DNA of 64,000 nt, from NCBI GenBank assembly GCA_035461765.1, contig DATHUY010000004.1, forward strand, positions 18,368 to 82,367. The letters are read 5' to 3'. The DNA is from Longimicrobiales bacterium. GTDB taxonomy: Bacteria; Gemmatimonadota; Gemmatimonadetes; Longimicrobiales; RSA9. The stretch's first letter is position 1. Every line of letters begins with the position of its first letter. Positions 1 to 9,557 of the stretch are shown here, in pieces. The position numbers were made by a program, and so were the translations under genes. A model generated the notes under the pieces. That model was not told the origin of the DNA. It made no database searches and saw only the letters and a program-made list of their open reading frames with translations.

Positions 1-302
1 CACCAGGATGCCCAGAAGTTGACGAGCACCACCTGCCCGCGCAGATCGGCGAGCGCAACGTTGTCCCCGTCCAGGGTGGGGAGCGTGAAGAGCGGAGCCG
101 GTTCACTGGAGCCGCCGAACCCCAGGGCGGCCGATGCCTGCGGCAGCGCGCGCTGATACAGCAGCACCAGCACGACCACCAGCAGCAGGCCGTCCACGAC
201 CATGATGAGGCGCCGTTTGATCTTCTGTCGGCGCGTCGTATCCTGCGGCCGATCGCGCGCGCCGCCCGGTTCCCCGGAATGCGTGTCCTGCTGCAACGAC
301 AT
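1..302 (-). CDS. TlpA/ResA-like thiol:disulfide oxidoreductase (thioredoxin fold), N-terminal part only; runs off the left edge
   Basis: Own translation of the minus strand from ATG at 302: [34 protein letters not shown] (membrane anchor)..[30 protein letters not shown](C). This is the [10 protein letters not shown] active-site context of TlpA/ResA proteins. The frame stays open to position 1, so it is absent from the ORF track. Confidence 0.65.
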   Translation of the reverse strand, partial: MSLQQDTHSGEPGGARDRPQDTTRRQKIKRRLIMVVDGLLLVVVLVLLYQRALPQASAALGFGGSSEPAPLFTLPTLDGDNVALADLRGQVVLVNFWASW

Positions 303-423
303 GACTGCTGCTGCCTCTGGTGCGGGTCCGGCAGCTAATATCCGCGCGCAACCGGTCGCCGCAAGCCGGGTCGGGCGCGGCCGGGCACGCGGATTGCCCC
401 CTGAGCGTGAAAAAGGGGGATAC

Positions 424-1764
424 ATGCGAATTGCAGCAGCACTTGTGATCGTTCTGCTCAGCGCCGGATGCCGGGTGAGCGACAGTGAAAGCGAAGACCA
501 GGCCGCGGCCGCCGCGGAGCTGGAGGATGGCCGGGTCGCGACCGCGTACGCGAGCGGATCGGACCGGCTCAGTCCGGAGGAGCTCGAGGCGAACCGCCTC
601 AACATGGACTGGCGTGAGTTCGTCGAGCGCGACACGACCGCTGGCGCGGCAGGCGATACGACTGCGGACGGCCAGCCATCGGCCGACGAGTCGTGGGATG
701 ACATCACGATGGAGTCGATCAACAGCGGACCGGCGGCACTGCCGTTGTACGGCGATGTGGAGGGACCGAGTGTGCTGCGCGTCCAGATCCTGCTCGACCG
801 CGCGCTCTTTTCACCCGGTGTGATCGACGGGCGCTGGGGCAGCAATACGGAGAAGGCGGTGTACTGGCTGCAGCGGCGGGAAGGGCTGCGCCCGACCGGT
901 CATGTCGACCCCGCAACGTGGGAGCGACTCCAGCAGCTGGCGGGGCAGACGGGCCAGCTCGTTCGGACGAAGCAGCTGACCGCGGACGATGTCGCGGGTC
1001 CGTTCGTCACGCTGCCGGAGGAGTACTACGACCGGCGTGACATGGACTGCCAGTGCTACGAGTCGCTGGGCGAGAAGCTGGCTGAGATCCACCACACGAC
1101 CGAGGATCTGCTGGCAAAGCTGAATCCCGATCTCGACCTGAACAACGTGCAGGCTGGCACACCGCTGAACGTGCCCGCAGTCGACCGTCAGGCACCCACC
1201 GCGATGGCGCAGGGCACGGGCAGCCAGGCGCAGCGCGCTGACACACAGGCAGCGGGCACGCAGGCGCAGCGTCCGGGCGCAGGCGATACGGCGGGCACCG
1301 GCACGGCGGGCGCAGGCGCGTCGGGTCAGGCAGGTGCGTCTGGTGGTGTCGCGAAGATCGTGATCTCCGACGGCGGCCGCTATCTGCACGCGCTCGATGC
1401 GTCCGGCCGGATCCTGTACCATTTCCCGGCCACACTCGGCTCGGATTACTCGCCATCTCCGACGGGCGACTATCGGATCACGAACATCGCACACGATCCG
1501 ACCTGGCACTATCAGCCGGACCTGCTCGAGGGCGTGGACGATGACGAGCCGGATGCCGTGCTGCCCGCCGGTCCAAATAACGCCGTCGGCGTCGTGTGGA
1601 TGCAGCTGTCACGACCGCATTACGGAATTCACGGCACCAGCGCACCGGAGACGATCGGGTACGCCACGTCCAACGGCTGTGTCCGTCTGACCAACTGGGA
1701 TGCGGAGTTCCTGGCGGAGCGCACGGGAGCGGGCACGCCGGTCGAGTTCCGCGACGTGCGGTAG
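424..1764 (+). CDS. L,D-transpeptidase (YkuD domain) lipoprotein with peptidoglycan-binding domain
   Basis: Lies in ORF 202..1764. The internal ATG at 424 gives the lipobox [18 protein letters not shown]-binding-like [38 protein letters not shown] is present. YkuD catalytic region is [24 protein letters not shown]. Confidence 0.85.
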   Translation: MRIAAALVIVLLSAGCRVSDSESEDQAAAAAELEDGRVATAYASGSDRLSPEELEANRLNMDWREFVERDTTAGAAGDTTADGQPSADESWDDITMESINSGPAALPLYGDVEGPSVLRVQILLDRALFSPGVIDGRWGSNTEKAVYWLQRREGLRPTGHVDPATWERLQQLAGQTGQLVRTKQLTADDVAGPFVTLPEEYYDRRDMDCQCYESLGEKLAEIHHTTEDLLAKLNPDLDLNNVQAGTPLNVPAVDRQAPTAMAQGTGSQAQRADTQAAGTQAQRPGAGDTAGTGTAGAGASGQAGASGGVAKIVISDGGRYLHALDASGRILYHFPATLGSDYSPSPTGDYRITNIAHDPTWHYQPDLLEGVDDDEPDAVLPAGPNNAVGVVWMQLSRPHYGIHGTSAPETIGYATSNGCVRLTNWDAEFLAERTGAGTPVEFRDVR

Positions 1765-1911
1765 GGGGCGGTGCCCAGGCAGCGCAGGGAGAGCGCTGTA
1801 CTGGGCTGGAATGGCCGCACGCGGTGCGACGGATCAGACACGTGGCTCTGCAGGCGCCGGAATCCGGCGGTGCAGAGCCACAGTGGCATTGGATCTATAC
1901 CGTGGGGTGCG

Positions 1912-2283
1912 TCACCGCTCTCCGAATGTCAGCTGATTCTGCGCGATCGCCCAGATCACCACGAGGTTGTCGGTATCCACGCGGAACCGCTCGGAGAGAA
2001 TGTCCTCGGCGCCGACGCGCGTGGCGAGCAGCTGGTAGTCGCCCGCGCGCAGGCTGCGATCGAACGATGCCTTGTTGTTGGACTCGAGCGGACCGAGCGA
2101 GCGGCGGCCGCCGGTGTCGGACAGCAGATAGACGGATACGCCCGTGATACCCCGCAGATTGTTGTCGATCTGCAGTTGAACGGAGAGCGCCTCGCCGGTC
2201 GCGACCGATGATCCGGTCGCGCATCCGGTGACGGCGAGGGCCAGGAGCACAGCGGCAGAATTCAGGAAAGTCCGGCGCAGCAT
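1912..2283 (-). CDS. small lipoprotein, unknown function
   Basis: Lies in ORF 1912..2520. ATG at 2283 (plus-strand cat 2281-2283) gives MLRRTFLNSAAVLLALAVTGC (lipobox). The upstream part of the ORF is Arg/Pro-rich junk. Confidence 0.55.
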   Translation of the reverse strand: MLRRTFLNSAAVLLALAVTGCATGSSVATGEALSVQLQIDNNLRGITGVSVYLLSDTGGRRSLGPLESNNKASFDRSLRAGDYQLLATRVGAEDILSERFRVDTDNLVVIWAIAQNQLTFGER

Positions 2284-2470
2284 CGTACCTCCAGGTAGAG
2301 TTCCCCCAAGCATGGTGTCCGGCCGAAGCTCCCGCAATGGCGGAGCCAGCCGATTCGGGAAGCCGGCCGGCCCCGAACCCGTGCGCGGAGACCGGCTCTC
2401 CGCTAAAATCAGATGTGCCGCGCTGATGGGAGCGCGGTGCTCCCTCTCTCCGGCCGCGTTCCTCGGAGCC

Positions 2471-5176
2471 ATGACGCACATCGATCGCGCCCTGAAGGCC
2501 TGGGGCTGCCTCATCATCATGACGGGACCGGCCGCAGCGCAGCAGCTGCCGACGCTGGAGCCCGCGGACTATGCCCGCTGGGAAAGCATAGGCACCAGCG
2601 AGCTGTCACCGGACGGGCGCTGGGCGGCCTGGACGATCTCACGCGTCGACGGCGATGACGAGCTGCGTTTCCGCGCGGTCGATGGCGACTCGACGCACAT
2701 CGTCGCGAACGCCTCGCGGCCGGCTTTCTCGAGCAACGGCCACTGGCTCGCGTACACGATCGGCTACTCGGAAGAGGAGCGTGAACGGCTCGAGGAGGCG
2801 GGCGGGCCGGTGCGCGGCAAGGTTGCGATCGCGGACCTGCGATCCGGTGCCACGACCGTGATCGCTGACATTGCCGACTTCTCGTTCAGTGCCGACGGCT
2901 CATTCATCGCGCTTCACGGCTACAGCGATCCGGCGCGCGGCAGCGCCGGCCGCGATCTGATCGTGCGCGATCTCGACCGGTCGATCAACACGAGCTTCGG
3001 AAACGTCGCTGATGCGAAGTGGCAGCCGGGCGGCGCACTGCTCGCCATGATCGTCCACGGCCAGAGCCGGGCAGGCAACGGCGTGCGCACGTTCGATCCG
3101 GTCACCGGCGTAATCCGCACGTTCGAGTCCGATACGGCTGAGTACACCGGCCTCACCTGGCGCGAGGATGATGACGACCTGGCCGTGCTGCGCATCCGCA
3201 AGGTCGAGGAATACAGGGAGCCGACTCACGCCGTGCTCATCTGGCACGACGCCAGCGGACCTGCGCCGCTGCGGGCGGTGCTCGATCCCGCCACTCATGG
3301 CTCCTTCCCCACTGCACACAGGATCGTCGAGAATTACGAGATCGGCTGGAGTGATGACGGTGGCACGGTGTTCATCGGTCTGCGCGCCTGGACGCCGCAG
3401 GACGCAGCGGCAGACAGCGCTGCACCGGGGTCAAAGGAGAATGGGGACACGGCGGGTGTGGCCGTATGGCGGTCCGACGACGTCGACATCGTTCCCGCCC
3501 AGAGGCGGCTCGGCATGTTCGACCGGAACCGCAGCTGGGTAGCGGCCTGGCGCGTCGAGGGCGATCGCTTCATTGCCCTGGCTGATTCCACCATCAGCGA
3601 CGTGGCCCTCTCCGATGGCCGGTTCGCCATCGCCGTGGATCCCGCGCCCTACGAGCGCGAGCGCATGTTCGGCCCCGAGTATCGTGACCTGCATGTCGTC
3701 GACGTGACGACCGGCGAACGTACGCCGGTCGCGCGCCGCGTGCAGTTCCATTACGGCGTGTCACCCACCGGCCGCTACCTGCTGTACCTGCGTGATGGCG
3801 ACTACTGGACGTGGGACACCGAGCTGAAGCGCGAGACGAACATCACCGGCAGTCTGGGGACCAGCTTCGTCAACCTCCAGGATGACCACACGGTCGAGGA
3901 GAAGCCGCCGTACGGTACGGGCGGCTGGACGACCGGGGACGCCAGTGTCCTGCTCTACGACCGCTATGACGTGTGGGAAGTACGACCGGACGGGTCGGGC
4001 GCGACGCGCGTGACGGACGGCGCGGGCGACCGCATCCGGCACCGGCGTGCGTGGCTCAACCCCCGCGACCGCATCGTGGACCGCACGAAGCCCGTATATG
4101 TCGCGCTTTACGGCGACCGCACCAAGCGGTACGGCTACGGCAGGATCCTGCCCGATGGACGTGTCGAGCAGCTCGTGCTGCTCGCCCGCAGCGTCAGCCG
4201 GCTGACGAAGGCGGACAGTGCCGACGTGTTCATGTACCGGATCGAGGACTTCGATGACTCGCCCGACCTCTTCGTGGCCGGGCCGACACTCGCCGACGCG
4301 GTTCAGGTATCGGAAACGAATCCGTTCCAGAACGAATACGCCTGGGGCCGCTCGGAGCTGATCGACTTCCGCAGCGCGACGGGTGAGGATCTCCAGGCGG
4401 CGCTGTTCTATCCGGCGAACTATGAGCCCGGCCGCGCGTACCCGATGATAGTCGACATATACGAGATCACGTCGAACACGGTCCACACGTACCGCGTTCC
4501 GTCGGAACGCACGCCGTACAACACGACCGTGTTCACGCAGAACGGCTATTTCGTGCTGCGTCCTGACATAGTCTACCGCGGGCGCGACCCGGGCGTGTCC
4601 GCGGTGGAAGCGCTCGTGCCTGCGGTCGAGAAGGTCGTGGAGACCGGCATGGTGGATCGCGCGCGCATCGGGCTCGTCGGCCACTCGTGGGGTGGCTATC
4701 AGACGGCATTCGCGGTGACACAGACCGATCTGTTCAGTGCGGCAGTCGCGGGTGCACCGCTGACGAACCTGATTTCGATGTACCTGTCGGTCTACTGGAA
4801 CACGGGGATGACAGACGCCCGCATTTTCGAGATCGACCAGGGCCGCATGGAGGTGCCGTTCTGGGAAGACCTTGATGCCTACATGCGCAACTCACCGCTG
4901 TTCAGCATTCAGCAGATGGACACGCCGCTGCTGGTCGCGTTCGGCGACGAGGACGGCGCGGTCGACTGGAACCAGGGCGTCGAGCTGTACAACGCCGCGC
5001 GCCGCGCAGGCAAGGACATGGTCCTGCTGGTCTACGAAGGCGAGAATCACTCGCTCGCGAACGAGGCCAACCAGCTGGATTACCATCGCCGGATCCGTGA
5101 GTGGTTCGACCATTATCTGAAGGGCGCGCCCGCGCCCGACTGGATCGTGAAAGGATTGACGAAGCCGCAGACATGA
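2471..5176 (+). CDS. S9 family serine peptidase (prolyl oligopeptidase/DPP-like, beta-propeller plus alpha/beta hydrolase)
   Basis: Lies in ORF 2228..5176. Nucleophile elbow GHSWGGYQTAF; C-terminal FGDEDGAVD and GENHSL acid/His regions; TolB-like repeats (SPDGRWAAW, SSNGHWLAY). Start chosen at ATG 2471 (MTHIDRALKAWGCLIIMTGPAAAQQ); the start is uncertain. Confidence 0.85.
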   Translation: MTHIDRALKAWGCLIIMTGPAAAQQLPTLEPADYARWESIGTSELSPDGRWAAWTISRVDGDDELRFRAVDGDSTHIVANASRPAFSSNGHWLAYTIGYSEEERERLEEAGGPVRGKVAIADLRSGATTVIADIADFSFSADGSFIALHGYSDPARGSAGRDLIVRDLDRSINTSFGNVADAKWQPGGALLAMIVHGQSRAGNGVRTFDPVTGVIRTFESDTAEYTGLTWREDDDDLAVLRIRKVEEYREPTHAVLIWHDASGPAPLRAVLDPATHGSFPTAHRIVENYEIGWSDDGGTVFIGLRAWTPQDAAADSAAPGSKENGDTAGVAVWRSDDVDIVPAQRRLGMFDRNRSWVAAWRVEGDRFIALADSTISDVALSDGRFAIAVDPAPYERERMFGPEYRDLHVVDVTTGERTPVARRVQFHYGVSPTGRYLLYLRDGDYWTWDTELKRETNITGSLGTSFVNLQDDHTVEEKPPYGTGGWTTGDASVLLYDRYDVWEVRPDGSGATRVTDGAGDRIRHRRAWLNPRDRIVDRTKPVYVALYGDRTKRYGYGRILPDGRVEQLVLLARSVSRLTKADSADVFMYRIEDFDDSPDLFVAGPTLADAVQVSETNPFQNEYAWGRSELIDFRSATGEDLQAALFYPANYEPGRAYPMIVDIYEITSNTVHTYRVPSERTPYNTTVFTQNGYFVLRPDIVYRGRDPGVSAVEALVPAVEKVVETGMVDRARIGLVGHSWGGYQTAFAVTQTDLFSAAVAGAPLTNLISMYLSVYWNTGMTDARIFEIDQGRMEVPFWEDLDAYMRNSPLFSIQQMDTPLLVAFGDEDGAVDWNQGVELYNAARRAGKDMVLLVYEGENHSLANEANQLDYHRRIREWFDHYLKGAPAPDWIVKGLTKPQT

Positions 5177-7524
5177 GCAGCACAGCAGCAGGCAGTACCG
5201 GTCACACCGTCGGCGCCACAGGTGGCGCTGCCGTCTCTCCCGGACAGATGGCGCAGCGTATCGCGGCGGAGCTGTCGCTTCAGCCGCGACAGGTCGCGGC
5301 CGCACTGGCGTTGTTCGATGAGGGCGCGACCGTGCCGTTCGTCGCGCGGTACCGCAAGGAGGCGACGGGCGGCCTCGATGAGGTCCAGCTGCGCGATGTG
5401 CTCGAGCGCTCGGAATACCTGGAGGAGCTCGAGGACCGACGCGCGGCCATCCTCAAGTCGATCGAGGAGCAGGGCAAGCTCGATGACGCGTTGCGCGCGC
5501 GGATCGTCGCCGCGGACACGAAGCAGGCGCTGGAGGACCTGTACCTGCCCTACAAGCCGAAGCGCCGCACGCGTGCGACGATCGCCCGGGAGCGCGGCCT
5601 CGAACCGCTCGCGGAGCTCATCTGGGCGGGTGCGGCCGATGACGCGACGGTCGAGCGTGAAGCGGTGGCGTTCGTCGATCCCGAAAGGGAAGTGGCCGAT
5701 GTCGAGGCCGCGCTCCAGGGCGCGCGCGACATACTGGCGGAACGTGTTGCGGAAGATGCCGCCCTCCGGGCATGGGTGCGCGACCGCACGCGCGCCGCAG
5801 GCGTGATCACCAGCAAGGCGCGCGGCGAGCGCGATCCGGCGACGTCGAAGTTCGCGGACTATTTCGACTTCTCGCAGAAGCTGACGGAGATCCCGTCGCA
5901 TCGCGTGCTCGCGATCCGGCGCGGCGAGGCGGAGGAGGAGCTGTCGTGGAGCATTGAAGCGCCAGTCGAGGAGCTGACCGCGGGACTCACGCAGCGGGTC
6001 GTCGCGGACCGTGCGGCTGTGCGTCAGCTCACGCAGGTGGCCGCGGATGCATATCGGCGGTTGCTGTCGTCGTCGATCGAGGTGGAGCTTCGACTGGAGC
6101 TCAAGTCACGTGCGGATGAGGAAGCGATCGGCATCTTCGGGGCCAACCTCGAGCAGCTCCTGCTGGGAGCGCCTGCCGGCGGTCGCGTCGTGCTCGGCCT
6201 CGACCCGGGATTCCGCACCGGTGTGAAGGCCGCGCTCGTATCGAAGACGGGCGCAGTCCTCGACACGGAGACGCTGTACCTCCACCAGGAGGACAACTTC
6301 ACGAGGGCGATCGAGCGTCTCGTGAAGCAGCACGCGGTCGAGCTGATCGCGATCGGCAACGGCACCGCGTCGCGTGAGACGGAAGCACTGGTGAAATGCA
6401 CGATCCAGCAGCTTCCCGCGCCGCGGCCGCAGGTGCTGGTCGTCAACGAGTCCGGTGCATCGGTCTACTCCGCATCGGACATCGCGCGCGAGGAGATGCC
6501 GGACCTGGACGTGTCGATGCGCGGTGCGCCATCGATCGCGCGACGACTCCAGGACCCGCTCGCCGAGCTGGTGAAGATCGATCCCAAGTCGATCGGGGTC
6601 GGTCAGTACCAGCACGACGTCAACCAGTCGCGGCTGAAGAAGCGGCTCGACGAGGTAGTGGAGACGTGCGTGAACCGTGTCGGTGTCGAGCTCAACACAG
6701 CTTCCGCGCCGCTGCTGTCGTACGTCGCCGGTGTCGGCGATACGGTGGCGAGGAACATCGTTGCAGCGCGCGACAATCGCGGCGGATTCCGCTCGCGGCG
6801 CGAGCTGCTCGAGGTGCCGCGGCTCGGCGCGAAGGCGTTCGAGCAGGCGGCCGGCTTCCTGCGCGTACGTGGCGGCGAGCACCCGCTGGACGCGACCGCC
6901 GTGCACCCGGAGCGCTACGCACTGGTCGAGCAGATGGCTGCAGACCTGGGCGTCCCCGTCGCGGAGCTCGTGCAGAACGACGCGCTGATCGATCGCATCG
7001 AGCTCGGCCGCTACGTGAACGGCGATGTCGGGCTGCCGACGCTGCGCGACATCGCCGATGAGCTGCGGCGTCCGGGCCGTGACCCGCGCGACACGTTCGA
7101 GCTGCCGGCGTTCCGCGATGACATCACGTCGCCGAAGGACCTGAAGCAGGGCATGACGCTGGAGGGTGTCGTTACGAACCTGGTCGCGTTCGGTGCATTC
7201 GTCGACGTAGGCGTGCATCAGGATGGTCTGGTGCACGTGTCACAGCTGGCCGACCGTTTCGTGAAGGATCCCGCGGACGTGGTGAAGGTCGGGCAGAAGG
7301 TGAACGTCACGGTCATGAGCGTGGACCTGGAACGGAACCGGATCGCGCTCAGCATGAAGAGCGGCGCCGCACAGCAGCCGGGCGCCCGGCCGGATCAGGC
7401 AGCCGGAGGCGCGCATGGGAAGGCCCGCGAGAAGCGCGGGAAGCGCGAGCAGAAGCCGCGCGAGAAGCCGGTGGTCGTGCCGCAGAAAGGCGATGTGGCG
7501 CCGAATGGCATGAAGTTTCGTTGA
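5173..7524 (+). CDS. tex: Tex-like transcription accessory protein (YqgF/HhH/S1 domains)
   Basis: IAAELSLQPRQVAAALALFDEGATVPFVARYRKEATGGLDEVQLR is the canonical Tex N-terminus. C-terminal S1 domain is GMTLEGVVTNLVAFGAFVDVGVHQDGLVHVSQL. ATG 5173 overlaps the upstream stop (ATGA at 5173-5176). Confidence 0.92.
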   Translation: MSSTAAGSTGHTVGATGGAAVSPGQMAQRIAAELSLQPRQVAAALALFDEGATVPFVARYRKEATGGLDEVQLRDVLERSEYLEELEDRRAAILKSIEEQGKLDDALRARIVAADTKQALEDLYLPYKPKRRTRATIARERGLEPLAELIWAGAADDATVEREAVAFVDPEREVADVEAALQGARDILAERVAEDAALRAWVRDRTRAAGVITSKARGERDPATSKFADYFDFSQKLTEIPSHRVLAIRRGEAEEELSWSIEAPVEELTAGLTQRVVADRAAVRQLTQVAADAYRRLLSSSIEVELRLELKSRADEEAIGIFGANLEQLLLGAPAGGRVVLGLDPGFRTGVKAALVSKTGAVLDTETLYLHQEDNFTRAIERLVKQHAVELIAIGNGTASRETEALVKCTIQQLPAPRPQVLVVNESGASVYSASDIAREEMPDLDVSMRGAPSIARRLQDPLAELVKIDPKSIGVGQYQHDVNQSRLKKRLDEVVETCVNRVGVELNTASAPLLSYVAGVGDTVARNIVAARDNRGGFRSRRELLEVPRLGAKAFEQAAGFLRVRGGEHPLDATAVHPERYALVEQMAADLGVPVAELVQNDALIDRIELGRYVNGDVGLPTLRDIADELRRPGRDPRDTFELPAFRDDITSPKDLKQGMTLEGVVTNLVAFGAFVDVGVHQDGLVHVSQLADRFVKDPADVVKVGQKVNVTVMSVDLERNRIALSMKSGAAQQPGARPDQAAGGAHGKAREKRGKREQKPREKPVVVPQKGDVAPNGMKFR

Positions 7525-7553
7525 TCGCTCCTGGCATGGGAAGGGGGCGGAGG

Positions 7554-7676
7554 GGCGGCGGTGTCCACCCGGCGCTCGGACAGTCCTCGTCGCGGGGGCG
7601 GCGGTGTCCACCCGACGCTCAGACAGTCCTCGTCGCTTCGCTCCTGCGGAACTCGCGGCGGGTGGACACCGCCGCC
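7554..7676. repeat. Hairpin repeat family 1: half copy (7554-7593) followed by a complete copy (7597-7676)
   Basis: 18-bp perfect inverted repeat GGCGGCGGTGTCCACCCG (7597-7614) / CGGGTGGACACCGCCGCC (7659-7676) around a 44-nt loop. The preceding 40 nt repeat the left arm plus half the loop with 2 mismatches. Related copies lie at 45667-45740 and 45820-45905. Starts 30 nt after the tex stop. Confidence 0.85.
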
Positions 7677-7843
7677 GCCTCCGCCTGACGGGATGCCACC
7701 CCGCTGCTCTGCCTCCATGGCGGTGGGGCAGGGCGTCGCCAGCCTGGCGGGCCGGAGCGGGGGAATCGGCAGCCAGCGCGTCCTGAGGTTGCAGGGCGCC
7801 TCTCATCGTCCCACTCTACAGCACTGCGAACGGAGCAGGCGCA

Positions 7844-8248
7844 ATGAATCTCCCGCGGCGCGGGTTTCTGGCGATCATCGGTGCGGCGGCAATGGCGCCG
7901 GCCACGCTGGTTTCAGGCGCAACGACACGTGCAGGTGGAGCCGCGATGTTCGGACTGATAGGGAAGATGACGGCGGTGGCCGGCCAGCGTGATGCGCTGG
8001 CGGAGATTCTGCTCGCGGGCACGGACTCGATGCCTGGCTGCCTGAGCTACATCATCGCCGCCGATCAGACGGACGCGGACGCGCTCTGGATCACCGAAGT
8101 ATGGGACAGCAGGGAGAGCCACGAGGCATCGCTGACGCTACCGGCCGTGCGGGCGGCGATAGCGAAGGGGCGGCCGCTCATCGCGGGGTTCAGTGACCGC
8201 ATGGAGACCACGCCGCTCGGCGGTCACGGTTTGCAGGAGCGCCGCTGA
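7844..8248 (+). CDS. ABM (antibiotic-biosynthesis-monooxygenase-like) domain protein with twin-arginine signal
   Basis: MNLPRRGFLAIIGAAAMAPATLVSGA looks like a Tat signal. The rest (MFGLIGKMTAVAGQRDALAEILL..LWITEVWDSRESHEASL) has the ferredoxin-like ABM pattern. Confidence 0.7.
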   Translation: MNLPRRGFLAIIGAAAMAPATLVSGATTRAGGAAMFGLIGKMTAVAGQRDALAEILLAGTDSMPGCLSYIIAADQTDADALWITEVWDSRESHEASLTLPAVRAAIAKGRPLIAGFSDRMETTPLGGHGLQERR

Positions 8249-8312
8249 GTCGTCGGACCTCGGACGTCCGGCACCGTGCCGGGCACGCCTTTTCGCCTTC
8301 AACGAATCGATC

Positions 8313-8681
8313 ATGGCCGACACGACACACTACAGCTGGTCTGACGTCACGCTGGAGCGCGTGACGGACAAGCTCGATCGCAAGCTGATCACCGGCGACG
8401 GGATGATGCTCGCCCAGGTATTCCTGAAGCAGGGGTGCATCGTCCCGAAGCATCAGCATCACAACGAGCAGCTCACATGGATCATGGAGGGCGCGCTGCG
8501 TTTCTGGATCGGCGAGGACGAGTCGGAGGAAGTGGTCGTGCGGGCGGGTGAGGTGCTGCATATCCCGTCGAACGTGTGGCACAAGGCGGAAGCGCTCGAG
8601 GACACGCTCGACATCGACATCTTCAATCCGCCGCGCGAGGACTGGCTGAACCACACGGACTCCTACTTCCACCGGAAGTAA
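8313..8681 (+). CDS. cupin domain protein
   Basis: Lies in ORF 8193..8681 with ATG at 8313 (MADTTHYSW). Cupin motifs PKHQHHNEQLTWIMEG and GEVLHIPSNVWHKAEA. Confidence 0.75.
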   Translation: MADTTHYSWSDVTLERVTDKLDRKLITGDGMMLAQVFLKQGCIVPKHQHHNEQLTWIMEGALRFWIGEDESEEVVVRAGEVLHIPSNVWHKAEALEDTLDIDIFNPPREDWLNHTDSYFHRK

Positions 8682-8682
8682 C

Positions 8683-9474
8683 ATGGATCTGGGACTGCGC
8701 GGCAAGGTCGCGCTCGTAGCGGGATCCAGCCGGGGACTCGGTCGTGCGGTTGCGGAGGAGCTCGCGCGCGAAGGCTGTGCGCTCGTGCTCTGCTCGCGTG
8801 ACGAGGATGTGATCGGCGGCGTCGCGCGCGAGATCTCGACTGACCTCGGCGGTGACGCGCTGGCAGTACGGGCGAACCTCACGGACCCTGAAGACATCGA
8901 GCGACTGCTGCGCGCGGCGCAGGACCGGTTCGGCCGCATCGATGTGCTGGTGACGAACACCGGCGGGCCGCCCGCCGGTCCCTTCGAAAGTCACACGCCG
9001 GAGGTATGGCGCGACGCGATCGCGCAGAACCTCGAGAGCGTTCTCAACCTGGCGCGCGGCGTGCTGCCGCAGATGAAGAAGCGGCAGTGGGGCCGCATCG
9101 TGAACATCACGTCCATCGCGGTGAAGCAGCCGGTCGAGGGGCTGATCCTGTCGAACGCAGTGCGCGCGGCAGTCACCGGCTTTGCGCGCACGCTCGCGAA
9201 TGAAGTCGCACCGCAGGGCATCACGGTCAATAACGTCATGCCCGGCTATACCCGCACGGAACGGCTGGTCCACCTCGCCGAGCACAATGCGGAGAGGCGC
9301 GGCAGCACCGTCGATGACGCCTACGCGGCGTGGGAGAAGGAGATCCCGATGGGGCGCCTCGGTGAGCCGGAGGAGCTCGCGGCGCTCGTCGCATTCCTGG
9401 CGTCGCAGCGTGCGTCATACATTACCGGCACGTCCATCCCCGTGGATGGAGGCTGGATCCGCGCGCTCTACTAG
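8683..9474 (+). CDS. SDR family oxidoreductase (FabG-like)
   Basis: Starts 2 nt after the cupin stop. Rossmann motif VAGSSRGLGRAVA; NITSIAVKQP..; active-site region (SNAVRAAVTGFARTLANE) and PGYTRT loop are typical of classical SDRs. Confidence 0.85.
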   Translation: MDLGLRGKVALVAGSSRGLGRAVAEELAREGCALVLCSRDEDVIGGVAREISTDLGGDALAVRANLTDPEDIERLLRAAQDRFGRIDVLVTNTGGPPAGPFESHTPEVWRDAIAQNLESVLNLARGVLPQMKKRQWGRIVNITSIAVKQPVEGLILSNAVRAAVTGFARTLANEVAPQGITVNNVMPGYTRTERLVHLAEHNAERRGSTVDDAYAAWEKEIPMGRLGEPEELAALVAFLASQRASYITGTSIPVDGGWIRALY

Positions 9475-9557
9475 AGACCCCGCACCGCCGCGCCTGCCGC
9501 CTATGCGCGCCGGTGGACGCGACCCCATGCGGTGCAGGACCACACGGAGTGAAGTCA

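Noticed and set aside
202-423. N-terminal extensions offered by the ORF track. Examples: 202..423 of the L,D-transpeptidase ORF, 18903..19355 of the peptidase ORF, 18093..19022 of the M50 ORF, 20475..20822 of the S8 ORF, 25450-region to 26687, 41084..41785, 52591..53121 and 53107..53859.
   Set aside because: The extensions are Arg/Pro-rich, overlap neighbouring genes or intergenic repeats, and precede much better starts with signal peptides, lipoboxes or SD sequences.
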